DNA from: Calditrichales bacterium
Lineage (GTDB): Bacteria > Calditrichota > Calditrichia > Calditrichales > J004
Length of the DNA: 64,000 nucleotides
Assembly: GCA_965267575.1 (NCBI GenBank)
Contig: OZ254086.1
Span: 4,448,001-4,512,000 of the forward strand
Reading direction: 5' to 3'
Shown here: piece by piece, positions 48,922 through 58,548 of the stretch
How positions within the stretch are numbered: position 1 is the stretch's first letter
Layout: each line of letters opens with the position of its first letter
The notes under the pieces: model-generated
Told to the model about the DNA's origin: nothing
Seen by the model: only the letters and a program-made list of their open reading frames with translations
The model's database searches: none
Translations under genes and position numbers: made by a program

Positions 48922-51276
48922 ATGATTAGGTCATTCGTATATAGCATAATACCGGCGTTCCTGATAGCGGGTGGTTTACTTTACGCGCAGGGCAATCGTA
49001 CAGACATTAAAGGGACTGTAACCGATGCCGGAGGCGATTTACTTTCCGGTGTGGTCGTTTTTCTTGAAGGGACACAACTGGGCGCCACAAGCGAGGACGG
49101 CTTTTACTCTATTAAAGATGTTCCCGCCGGAAAATACCAGCTGGTCATTTACGGGATCGGCTATCAAAAACAAACTCACCCAATTACAATCAAAGCAGAT
49201 GCAGGCCTTGTCTTTAATACTGTTTTGCAAGATGATCTGCTTGAAACCGAAAACATTGTTGTTGAAGGAAAATCACTAAGCGAAGAGCTTAAAGAGACCG
49301 GCTACTCCATATCCATCATCGAAAGCAAGCAGGCAAAAAACTTTTCCAGGGATGTAAACCAACTGCTTAAGACGACGCCCGGTATTCACATCCGCGAAAC
49401 GGGTGGATTGGGCTCCGGATTCAAGCTTTCGCTTAACGGCCTGTCCGGCAACCAGGTACGCTACTTTATCGACGGCATTCCCATGGAGAACTTCGGTTCT
49501 TCCCTTTCGCTCAACAACTATCCCGTTAACCTGATTGATAAACTGGAAATCTACAAGGGCGTTGTACCCGTCTCGCTGGGGGCCGATGCACTGGGTGGCG
49601 CGGTAAACATTGTAACCGATCACCGCCAGAAAACCTTTTTGGATGCCAGCTATTCATACGGCTCATTCAATACACATCGCACCTCGCTTAACGGGCAATA
49701 CGCCAATAACAAGCACGGCTTTTTCCTTAAAACGTCTTCCTTTTTCAACCATTCGGAAAACGATTACCGCATGATAAACGTGCCGGTGTACGATCTGGAG
49801 CTGGGCAATTATTTGGGTACAACCAACACCCGGCGCTTTCATGATGACTACACCTCTTTCATGCTGCAGGCTGAAGCCGGACTGGTCAACAAGAAATTCG
49901 CCGACAGCTGGTCCATTGGCGTTACCGGCGCCGCGGCCCGTAAAAATTATCAGCACCCGGATAATAACATTAAGCGCATTTTTGGCCATTTCCACACCAA
50001 AAACAGGACGCTTCTCTTTTCCAGCACATACAAAAAGAAATTCGCGGATATTGATCTGAAAGCTCATTTGGTAACTGGTGCCGTCCGGGAGAGTGTAATC
50101 GATACGGGCAGCGCCAAATACAACTGGGCCGGGGATTTCATCAGGCGCTCGGCGGATGACCCCAAGGGCGAGCTGCTGGAAAGACGCTCCTACCTGGAGC
50201 TTTCGGACCGCATTCTGAGAAGCAGCCTCAACGCGGAATACACATTGAACAGGCACAATAAAATCAATTTGAGCGCCAACCAAAACTACCTGAAAAGAAG
50301 TGGTCAGGATAAAGTTGATCCGCTGAATCAATCATACCGGTCGCCCAACTATATCCACAAGAATCTTCTGGGCCTGGCTTACAGCTATCTCAACGCCGCC
50401 CAAAATTTCGAAGCCACACTTTTTGGAAAGCAATACTGGTATTCCGGCAAGATCGTCACGCATGACTACGAAGACAATCGGATTGTAACTGAACCGCGAT
50501 TAATGCGCAGCGGGTATGGGCTGGCCCTGTCCTTGCATCTATTTCCCAACTGGCAGATCAAGTCTTCTTTTGAAAAGGCCTACCGCATACCGGAGAGCTT
50601 TGAGATTCTTGGCGACGGCATTTACGTGCAAGCCAATGCCGCCCTGCAGCCGGAGCAAAGCCACAATCTGAATCTCGGCTCCCGCTTTAACACGCATGCT
50701 TCAGGGCTGGATGTCCAGACGGAGGTCAACCTGTTTGCGCGTTTCTCGGGCGACTTTATCCGCTTTTTACCGCTTGGTCCGTTTGGCCAGTACGAAAACC
50801 TGAGCAACGTGCGCACGGAAGGTGTCGAAGCTTTTCTCGGGCTGAACTACAACAATCTTGTTTCACTGAACGGCAACGTTACATACCAGAATATTACGGA
50901 CAGGACAAAATTTGATGAAGGCCTGCCTAACGCGAACTATACAAGCCGTGTGCCCAATATTCCCTATCTGTTTGGCAACATGCGGCTTGGCTTTAGCCCC
51001 TGGAACAGCGGCGCCAACACCTGGCACTTTTACTGGAGCCTGCGCTATGTTCATGAATTTTTCCTTACCTGGGAAAACCTGGGTAACCGCGAAGACAAAA
51101 ACATTATCCCTTCGCAACTTACGCATGATTTACAGGCGGAGTACTCCATCATGGAAGGCAGATACAACGTCTCGCTTACAGTCAGCAATGTTACAGATGA
51201 ACTGGTTTACGACAACTTCAACATTCAGAAGCCCGGTAGATCAGTCAATTTTAAAATCAGATACTTTATCAAATAA
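48922..51276 (+). CDS. TonB-dependent receptor, XusA-like
   Basis: RETGGLGS, IYKGVVPVSLGADALGGAVNI, QKPGR. Confidence 0.92.
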   Translation: MIRSFVYSIIPAFLIAGGLLYAQGNRTDIKGTVTDAGGDLLSGVVVFLEGTQLGATSEDGFYSIKDVPAGKYQLVIYGIGYQKQTHPITIKADAGLVFNTVLQDDLLETENIVVEGKSLSEELKETGYSISIIESKQAKNFSRDVNQLLKTTPGIHIRETGGLGSGFKLSLNGLSGNQVRYFIDGIPMENFGSSLSLNNYPVNLIDKLEIYKGVVPVSLGADALGGAVNIVTDHRQKTFLDASYSYGSFNTHRTSLNGQYANNKHGFFLKTSSFFNHSENDYRMINVPVYDLELGNYLGTTNTRRFHDDYTSFMLQAEAGLVNKKFADSWSIGVTGAAARKNYQHPDNNIKRIFGHFHTKNRTLLFSSTYKKKFADIDLKAHLVTGAVRESVIDTGSAKYNWAGDFIRRSADDPKGELLERRSYLELSDRILRSSLNAEYTLNRHNKINLSANQNYLKRSGQDKVDPLNQSYRSPNYIHKNLLGLAYSYLNAAQNFEATLFGKQYWYSGKIVTHDYEDNRIVTEPRLMRSGYGLALSLHLFPNWQIKSSFEKAYRIPESFEILGDGIYVQANAALQPEQSHNLNLGSRFNTHASGLDVQTEVNLFARFSGDFIRFLPLGPFGQYENLSNVRTEGVEAFLGLNYNNLVSLNGNVTYQNITDRTKFDEGLPNANYTSRVPNIPYLFGNMRLGFSPWNSGANTWHFYWSLRYVHEFFLTWENLGNREDKNIIPSQLTHDLQAEYSIMEGRYNVSLTVSNVTDELVYDNFNIQKPGRSVNFKIRYFIK

Positions 51277-51297
51277 CCATCACACACGGAGGCTTTT

Positions 51298-52533
51298 ATG
51301 CACACCCCGATTAGTAACGCAATTAAATGGATTTTCTTTTTATCGCTTTTCATTATGTCTGCCTGCAGTGAAAACGAGGACAACCCGACCGGACCGGGCG
51401 ATTCCGTGGACGGCATAACCTTGTCGTTCAAAACAACCGGTGACGCGGAAACAGAATATCTCATCACCCGCGAAGATATTATGGCAGGTGAAATCTCCGC
51501 GGAGGGCGTTGGCATTGAGCAAACAGGCTGGAGATTTTATTATCCCGTAGGCAAAACCCTGTTCGCTTCCGGCTATAGCGAAGACAACCAATGTGCCGCC
51601 TATAGCAATGACGGCAGCGGAGGTTTATCCAAGAAGGGCCAGTTTATTTTTGAGAACGCTCTGGAGATGTTCGGTCACTCCGATGATAACCAGACTTTGC
51701 TGGCCATGGAAATTCCGCGTGCCGGATTCGCCAATCGTCGGCTGCATTTTGTGGATGTGAACACCGCATTTGTCACCAAAATTGTAGGTACACGCATATT
51801 TGAATCCACAAACGATTCACTCATTGCCTGGCCGACTGCCTTGCAGGTTCGCGGAGACAAACTGTTCGTGCCGTTCCACAAGCTGGATGCGCGCGGCTGG
51901 TTCACAACACCGCGGGCCGACAGCGCCTTCGTGGCCGTATATGACTACCCTGAAGTTGGTGCTGAACCTATAAAAATTATTTCCGACGGACGCACTTCAA
52001 ACATCGGTGTGAACGGGGCAACAACCGGGTTGATAGAAACCGAAAGCGGCGATCTTTACTCTTTCTCCTGTGGCGCGGAGATGGCCGGGTTCGCGCCTGC
52101 CGCGACCAAGCCTTCCGGCATCTTGCGTATTAACGCAGGCGAAACCGAATTTGACTCAAACTACTTCTTTAATATAGAAGCCGCTACGAATGGTGGTAAA
52201 ATTTTCTGGTTCGATTATATAGGCGGTAACAAAGCCATCGCGCGCATTCTGACCGACGATAATGGCGGCGCGTGGGCCGCGTACGGCAGAAGCGTATTTA
52301 ACCAAAAGCTGGTGATCATAGACCTGGTAAGCCAAACGGTTACCGATGTGGCCAACGTGCCGCTGCATGCCAAGCGTTACACTTCGCCGGTGTTGGTTGA
52401 AGACGGCAAGGTTTACGTAAGCATCGAAACGGCCGGAGAAGCCCATGTCTACCAGGTGGACATCGCCACGGCGACGGCCACAAAAGGCGCTAAAATCAAC
52501 GGCAAAACGATCAAAGGTTTTTACAGACTGTAA
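51298..52533 (+). CDS. DUF4374 surface lipoprotein, XusB-like
   Basis: Lipobox SAC; KPSGILRI...FD-x-x-YFFN. Confidence 0.85.
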   Translation: MHTPISNAIKWIFFLSLFIMSACSENEDNPTGPGDSVDGITLSFKTTGDAETEYLITREDIMAGEISAEGVGIEQTGWRFYYPVGKTLFASGYSEDNQCAAYSNDGSGGLSKKGQFIFENALEMFGHSDDNQTLLAMEIPRAGFANRRLHFVDVNTAFVTKIVGTRIFESTNDSLIAWPTALQVRGDKLFVPFHKLDARGWFTTPRADSAFVAVYDYPEVGAEPIKIISDGRTSNIGVNGATTGLIETESGDLYSFSCGAEMAGFAPAATKPSGILRINAGETEFDSNYFFNIEAATNGGKIFWFDYIGGNKAIARILTDDNGGAWAAYGRSVFNQKLVIIDLVSQTVTDVANVPLHAKRYTSPVLVEDGKVYVSIETAGEAHVYQVDIATATATKGAKINGKTIKGFYRL

Positions 52534-52576
52534 GCTGAAAACGGAGGGGGAGTGTTAGCGCACTCCCCTGTTTATT

Positions 52577-53752
52577 ATGAGCGGAAAAAGTAATTTTAAA
52601 AAGTTAGTTCTAAAGCTGCACGAAATTCTGGGCTTATCAACAGGTTTGGTGGTTTTTATTGTGTCAATAACCGGCTGTCTGTGGGTTTTTCAGGAAGAAA
52701 TCGGCGCGTTGCTGTCTGACGAACAGACCTTTGAAGTACAGGATGCGCCGCTTGTCACAGCAACACGGGCCAAAGAGATAGCGTCGGATGTCTTTCCCGG
52801 GAAAAATGTACATGGCGCCCTCTATGGCCGGCCGGGAGAAGCGGTAGAAGTCATCTTTTACGAAGAGAAGCCCGAATTTTACCGCAGCGTTTACCTGCAC
52901 CCCTATTCCGGTGAGATCGTCAAAACAGAGGATCACGAAGCTGGCTTTTTCCATTTTGTGCTGGAAGGCCACATGCACCTGTGGCTGCCTGAGGAAATCG
53001 GCAGCGAGATTGTCGGTGTGTCCGTGCTGCTCTTTCTGATTATCCTGGTATCCGGCCTGATTTTGTGGTGGCCAAAGAAGAGCAATCGCCGACAGAGGCT
53101 GAAATTCAGCTGGAAAAAATCAACCGGTTGGAAGAGGAAAAACTTTGACCTGCACGCCATCACCGGGTTTTATGTTTACGCGCTGGCCTTTATCATAGCC
53201 TTTACCGGCTGCGTGATGACCTATGATTGGCTGCATAAGTCCGTTTACAAAACGGTCGGCGGCGACAGATATCCTTTCTTTACCATTCCGGAAAATATCC
53301 ATTCCGCACCAAGACAAGCGGTTGCCGCTGGAATTCCGATGGATCGCCTGGTGCCTCTTCTGCAATCCGAAAACCCAAATGCCGTGGGCATTGAAATCCA
53401 CTATCCGCACACGGATTCGTCCAGCATTTACGTGGAAATATCGCACCAGGAGGGCGTTTACTACAGCTCCGATTACCGCTTTTTTGATCAGCATACGCTT
53501 GCTGAGATTGAGACGCCCGATCTGTACGGTCGCTACGCCGAAGCCGGTTTCGCGGAGAAAGTTATCCGCATGAATTATGATATCCATGTGGGTGCGATTG
53601 GCGGTTTGCCCGGTAAGATTATCGCTTTCCTTGCCAGCCTGCTGACGGCATCGCTGCCCGTTAGCGGTGCCTTGTACTGGTATGGCAAGCGTTTTAAAAA
53701 GAGGAAAACACACAGCACGAGATCAGAATACTCCAACACCTTAACACCCTAA
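52577..53752 (+). CDS. PepSY-associated TM protein, XusC-like
   Basis: LH..LGL...SITG, SGLILWWP, FDLH, YDIHVGAIGG. Confidence 0.92.
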   Translation: MSGKSNFKKLVLKLHEILGLSTGLVVFIVSITGCLWVFQEEIGALLSDEQTFEVQDAPLVTATRAKEIASDVFPGKNVHGALYGRPGEAVEVIFYEEKPEFYRSVYLHPYSGEIVKTEDHEAGFFHFVLEGHMHLWLPEEIGSEIVGVSVLLFLIILVSGLILWWPKKSNRRQRLKFSWKKSTGWKRKNFDLHAITGFYVYALAFIIAFTGCVMTYDWLHKSVYKTVGGDRYPFFTIPENIHSAPRQAVAAGIPMDRLVPLLQSENPNAVGIEIHYPHTDSSSIYVEISHQEGVYYSSDYRFFDQHTLAEIETPDLYGRYAEAGFAEKVIRMNYDIHVGAIGGLPGKIIAFLASLLTASLPVSGALYWYGKRFKKRKTHSTRSEYSNTLTP

Positions 53753-53828
53753 AACGTTAACACCCCCTTAATGCGTCAACAAGCGGAAGAATGGTTTACG
53801 TGCTAACCTTCTTCCGCTTTTTTATTTT
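53735..53828 (+). repeat. Direct repeat copy 2: octamer tract plus terminator
   Basis: Matches 48712-48807. Confidence 0.85.
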
Positions 53829-53933
53829 TTTGTGAAAAGTATAAGGGCCAAAAATTGAATTAAACTTAAACAGTCTTTCAAAAAATAGTTATAGTTTGTA
53901 GATTACGAGAACTAAATAAAAAGAGGATTTAAT

Positions 53934-54188
53934 ATGTTAATTAAAATTGATTATCAATATGATATAACAGGCACACTAGGGAATAACGAAGAACGCGAAC
54001 AAAAAGAAATACAGAGTTCAGTCGAAGTGTCCGTTGAAGAGGATTGGGACTACGATGAAGTTTTTGTCTATACACAAGCTTTTGAAGGTGCACTTAATCA
54101 TTTTTATACTTTTCATATAGAAAAGCCGATGCAATCTCTTAGAGATATTAAGATTCATATCAAAGACGTTGATGTAAAATATCTATAA
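53934..54188 (+). CDS. Hypothetical acidic protein
   Basis: RBS GAGG; AT-rich. Confidence 0.55.
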   Translation: MLIKIDYQYDITGTLGNNEEREQKEIQSSVEVSVEEDWDYDEVFVYTQAFEGALNHFYTFHIEKPMQSLRDIKIHIKDVDVKYL

Positions 54189-54424
54189 AAATTGCTGATT
54201 TTTTTATCATGCTAGAGACTTATCAACGTTGCTAAGTCTCTTGTAATAACATGTTGTGTGGTGACTAGTAATGTTTATGCCGGATTCGTTTATATGACGC
54301 TTCCGGTGAGCATGTCCATTGTGGGAACGATTTACGGCAATAAGGTGGAGAAACTACAGAAATAAGGAATTGCAAACCCTGGTTTATGTCAGTACAATAT
54401 AAAAATGAGAAGTGGGAATAAATC

Positions 54425-54643
54425 ATGTATAAAGCCAAAAAAATTAAGCCCAAATTTATTACCGACAAAGACGGCAATAAGGTAGAGGTAATTTTACCAA
54501 TAGAAGTTTATAAACAGCTCCTGGAAGATATTGAAGATCTTGCTGTACGCGCAGACAGAATTGATGACGGAATAATAACTCATGAAGAACTTCTAGAGGA
54601 CCTCAAAGCAGATGGCATCATCAATGGAATAAAGGTGCTGTAA
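54425..54643 (+). CDS. Putative antitoxin, similar to 5446-5646
   Basis: KFITDKDGNKVEVILPIE. Confidence 0.75.
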   Translation: MYKAKKIKPKFITDKDGNKVEVILPIEVYKQLLEDIEDLAVRADRIDDGIITHEELLEDLKADGIINGIKVL

Positions 54644-54864
54644 AAGACCTCAAGAAGGTCCACAAAATAAAAATCAGACAAATCATCAAAGCTGTTGAGG
54701 ATTTATCTGAGGACCCGTTTTCAAAAAAAGCCAAAAAACTAACAGGTTCAAAAAACACATATCGAATCCGCATAGGTGATTACAGAATTATCTATGACGT
54801 TTTTGAACAAAAACTAATAGTATTAATTATCCGCGTTAAGCACAGAAAAGACGCATATAGCTAA
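54612..54864 (+). pseudogene. RelE/ParE toxin with frameshift just after its start
   Basis: 54622-54864 reads QWNKGAVKDLKK...YRIRIGDYRIIY...KHRKDAYS; ATG at 54612 is out of frame. Confidence 0.8.
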
Positions 54865-54866
54865 AC

Positions 54867-55466
54867 TTACTTCCTGTGCCTCTTCTCCAAAACATCAGCA
54901 ATGTGCGACAGGCGTAAATCCCGTTTATTGAGCAGTAACAGCAAGTGGTAGATCAAATCGGCGCACTCTTCTTTCAGCGCCTTATCATCCCCCATCACCG
55001 CGTCTATGACCACCTCCGTGGCCTCTTCCCCAACCTTCTGGGCAATCTTACCCAGGCCTCGTCCAAACAGCTTGGCAGTGTATGATTCTTCCGGGTTCGC
55101 TTTTTTGCGTGTCTCAATAATGTGCTCCAGCTCTTCCAGGAAAAAGATACCTTCGCGCGGATTTTTCTCGTTGAAGCAGGTATCAGCGCCGGTATGGCAT
55201 ACCGGGCCCGTGGGTTCTACCTTAATCAGAATGGTGTCGTGGTCGCAGTCGGCCTTCATTTCACGCAGCAGCAACTCGTTGCCGGAGGTTTCTCCTTTGG
55301 TCCACAGCTCGTTGCGCGAGCGCGAATAGAAGGTCACTTTACCTGTATCACGCGTTTTTTCAAAGGCTTCTTCGTTCATATAGCCGAGCATCAACACGCG
55401 ACCGGTGTGACAATCCTGGATAACCGCCGGAACAAGACCGTTTTGTTTTTCAAAATCAACTTTCAT
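54867..55466 (-). CDS. hisIE: Phosphoribosyl-AMP cyclohydrolase/phosphoribosyl-ATP pyrophosphatase
   Basis: [21 protein letters not shown]. Confidence 0.96.
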   Translation of the reverse strand: MKVDFEKQNGLVPAVIQDCHTGRVLMLGYMNEEAFEKTRDTGKVTFYSRSRNELWTKGETSGNELLLREMKADCDHDTILIKVEPTGPVCHTGADTCFNEKNPREGIFFLEELEHIIETRKKANPEESYTAKLFGRGLGKIAQKVGEEATEVVIDAVMGDDKALKEECADLIYHLLLLLNKRDLRLSHIADVLEKRHRK

Positions 55467-56220
55467 AACGCACCGTAATGTTTTGTTGTTGTAAGTATTT
55501 TTTTAAATCAGGGATCGGGATTTCGCCAAAGTGAAAAACACTGGCCGCTAAGGCCGCGTCAGCGCTGGCGTCACGGAAAACGTCGCGGAAATGTTCAGAC
55601 TTTCCCGCACCACCGGAGGCGATCACCGGCACCGGCACCTGCTCCGACACCTTCCGGGTTAACTCAATGGCGAAACCTTTTTTGGTGCCGTCATGCTCCA
55701 TAGACGTCAACAGGATCTCTCCCGCGCCGCGTTCGGCTCCCTCAAGCGCCCACTCCATTACTTTTTTATCTGTCGGTGTCCGCCCGCCGTCCAGGTAAAC
55801 ATACCACCGGCCGTCCTTCTCCAAACGGGCATCGATCGCCAGTACGACGCACTGGTTGCCAAAATGGCGCGCCATTTCATCCAGCATAGCCGGATTGCGT
55901 ACAGCAGCAGAATTTATGCTGATCTTGTCCGCCCCGCAATCCAATAAACGGGCAACATCGTCTACCGTGCGGATACCGCCGCCAACCGTAAACGGAATAT
56001 TGAGCGTTTCGGCGATGCGCGTTACCAGTTCGGCAAAGGTGTTACGGCCTTCAACCGTCGCGGTGATATCCAGAAAAACCACCTCATCCGCGCCCTGGCG
56101 ACTGTATGCCGCGCCCAGTTCCACCGGGTCACCGGCATCGCGCAGGCTTACAAAATTGACGCCCTTTACCGTGCGTCCGTTCCTGATATCCAGGCAGGGA
56201 ATAATGCGCCGGGTCAGCAT
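55456..56220 (-). CDS. hisF: Imidazole glycerol phosphate synthase cyclase subunit
   Basis: RIIPCLD, VFLDITA, IASGGAG. Confidence 0.97.
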   Translation of the reverse strand: MLTRRIIPCLDIRNGRTVKGVNFVSLRDAGDPVELGAAYSRQGADEVVFLDITATVEGRNTFAELVTRIAETLNIPFTVGGGIRTVDDVARLLDCGADKISINSAAVRNPAMLDEMARHFGNQCVVLAIDARLEKDGRWYVYLDGGRTPTDKKVMEWALEGAERGAGEILLTSMEHDGTKKGFAIELTRKVSEQVPVPVIASGGAGKSEHFRDVFRDASADAALAASVFHFGEIPIPDLKKYLQQQNITVRYES

Positions 56221-56933
56221 AAATCGGCAAGCTCCTTCAGTGTAATTTTTCCCTCATACAACGCTTTGCCGAAAATTACACCATCGATACCCATTTTGTC
56301 CAGCTTTTGGATTTCTTCCACCGAACTGATACCGCCCGAGGCGATCACCTTCATCTCCGGGAAGCGCTCTTTTATGGCGCCGTAAAGTTCATAGGCCGGC
56401 CCTGTCAAAAGACCATCCCGGCTGATATCCGTGCAGATGACGGTGCGCAGGCCAAACTTATAATACCCGCTGATAAACTCGAACAGGTCTTTATCGGTCT
56501 GCTCCTGCCAACCGGAAATGGCGATCTTGCCATCGCGCACATCGGCACCCAGGATAATGCGTTCCGCTCCGAACATTTCCACCCAGGAACGGACGACGAT
56601 CGGTTTGCGCACGGCGATGCTGCCGGCAATCACCTGGTCCGCGCCGCATTCAAAAGCGGTGCGAATGTCTTTGTTGGATTGTATGCCTCCGCCAAAGTCA
56701 ATCTTCAGCCTGGTTTGCTCGGAGATAAACTGCAACACCTGCCAGTTGACAATGCGCCGCTGGCGGGCACCGTCGAGATCCACAATGTGCACGCGCTTTA
56801 TACCGTGTTCCTGAAAACGACGCGCCATAACCAAAGGATCAATCTCGTACTCGGTTTTGCGCTCAAAATCGCCCTGCTCCAGGCGCACGCACTTACCGTC
56901 AATAATATCAATAGCGGGGATAAGTTCAATCAT
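56214..56933 (-). CDS. hisA: ProFAR isomerase
   Basis: [29 protein letters not shown]. Confidence 0.97.
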   Translation of the reverse strand: MIELIPAIDIIDGKCVRLEQGDFERKTEYEIDPLVMARRFQEHGIKRVHIVDLDGARQRRIVNWQVLQFISEQTRLKIDFGGGIQSNKDIRTAFECGADQVIAGSIAVRKPIVVRSWVEMFGAERIILGADVRDGKIAISGWQEQTDKDLFEFISGYYKFGLRTVICTDISRDGLLTGPAYELYGAIKERFPEMKVIASGGISSVEEIQKLDKMGIDGVIFGKALYEGKITLKELADLC

Positions 56934-57511
56934 AGCTCTAAAAAGTTCCTTAAAAGTTTTTCGCCGTTGGCCGCGCTTTTTTCCGGATGAAACTGCACGG
57001 CGTAATAATTATTGTGTTGCAGCGCGGCGCTGAATGTCAACCCGTATGCGCAGCGCGCGATGCAATCGTCGTGAAGCTCGGCATAGTAGCTGTGCACAAA
57101 GTAGAAGTAGCTGCCGTCGCCCAGCCCATCAAACAATCTTCCCGAAACGTTTTCCACGCTGTTCCAGCCCATATGCGGGATTTTCAGGCCGGATGGAAAT
57201 TTTTTCACATCCGCCGGAAACAGGTTCAACATATCGGTGTTTCCTTCTTCACTGTGGCGGCACATAAGCTGCAGCCCCAGGCAAATGCCCAGAAAAGGTT
57301 GCGTCAGATCGCCAAGCAGTGTGTCGAGATTGCGCTCCCGCAAATAGCGCATGGCACTGGCCGCTTCACCCTGGCCGGGAAAAACCACCTTGTCCGCCGC
57401 GCGGATCTCAGCGGGGTCATCGCTCACCCGGGCCTCTATGCCGAGACGCTTAAAAGCCAGCTTTACCGAATGGATATTCCCGGCGTTGTATTTTACAATC
57501 ACCAGCTTCAT
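56930..57511 (-). CDS. hisH: Imidazole glycerol phosphate synthase glutaminase subunit
   Basis: GICLGLQ, PHMGWN, QFHPEKS. Confidence 0.97.
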   Translation of the reverse strand: MKLVIVKYNAGNIHSVKLAFKRLGIEARVSDDPAEIRAADKVVFPGQGEAASAMRYLRERNLDTLLGDLTQPFLGICLGLQLMCRHSEEGNTDMLNLFPADVKKFPSGLKIPHMGWNSVENVSGRLFDGLGDGSYFYFVHSYYAELHDDCIARCAYGLTFSAALQHNNYYAVQFHPEKSAANGEKLLRNFLEL

Positions 57512-58479
57512 AGCAATTCCTTGGTGCTGGGAATCCGCGGATCATCGGGGTCGCGACGGATGGCCATGCGGATGGCCCGCGCCAGACCTTTAAAGGCCGC
57601 TTCAATTTTATGGTGCTCGTTATCGCCTTCCACTTTTATCAAAATGTTGCAGCGGCCGTTATCGCAAAAGGCTTTAAAAAAGTGGCGGAACATTTCCGTG
57701 GGCATATCACCCACCATTTCACGCTTAAACTCCGCCTGCCAGATCAGATCGCTGCGCCCGGAAAAATCAATGGCCACGGTGGCATAACTCTCATCCATCG
57801 GCAAGACAAAACCGTAGCGCTCCAGCCCGGCTTTATCGGTCAGGCATTTGGCAAAGGCCTGTCCCAAAACAATCGCCGTATCTTCGATTGTGTGGTGTTC
57901 GTCCACGTGCAGATCGCCGTCCACTTTCAGCTCCAGGTCGATACCGGAGTGGCGCGTGAACAGCTCCAGCATGTGGTCAAAAAAGCCCAGGCCGGTACTG
58001 ATCTTGGCCGCACCGGAACCATCCAGATTCAGCACTGCTTTTATTTTGGTTTCAGCGGTGTTGCGTTCAACGCGCGCTTTTCTTGCGGGCAAAACCAGCT
58101 GGCGGTAAAGTTCATTCCAATCGTTAACCTGCTTTACACCTTCCGCGCTGCATAAGCCCAGGCAAAATGTGCGTACACCGCGGTTCGCGGCTTCTTCGCA
58201 TTGCTCGCTGCCGGCCACAAAAACCGTTTGGGCAGAATCATATTTTTTAAGGTCACCCCATGCCCGGCAAACAGCGACATCGCCGCAGCCTTCCGCCTTC
58301 AGGGCGGCCGCTAAAAATCCGGCTTGCTCTTTATTGACGCCGGTTGCGCTAAATAACAATACCCGGCAATTCAGCCTGGAAACAATCCTGCCAATGGCCG
58401 AAAACACCCCGCTGCGGAACGCCTTTTCTTTACCGGGCAACATTATCGCGCTGTTTTCTATGATGATTGTTTGTATCAT
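57508..58479 (-). CDS. hisB: Imidazoleglycerol-phosphate dehydratase with degenerate N-terminal HAD-like domain
   Basis: GFFDHML, DEHHTIED, NEHHKIEA; N-terminus lacks DxD. Confidence 0.92.
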   Translation of the reverse strand: MIQTIIIENSAIMLPGKEKAFRSGVFSAIGRIVSRLNCRVLLFSATGVNKEQAGFLAAALKAEGCGDVAVCRAWGDLKKYDSAQTVFVAGSEQCEEAANRGVRTFCLGLCSAEGVKQVNDWNELYRQLVLPARKARVERNTAETKIKAVLNLDGSGAAKISTGLGFFDHMLELFTRHSGIDLELKVDGDLHVDEHHTIEDTAIVLGQAFAKCLTDKAGLERYGFVLPMDESYATVAIDFSGRSDLIWQAEFKREMVGDMPTEMFRHFFKAFCDNGRCNILIKVEGDNEHHKIEAAFKGLARAIRMAIRRDPDDPRIPSTKELL

Positions 58480-58548
58480 TATTTATCCTGATAGGTCATA
58501 TGGTCCTGGAGTCTAGGAGTCCGGAAGTCTGGGAGACTTTAAATCTTA

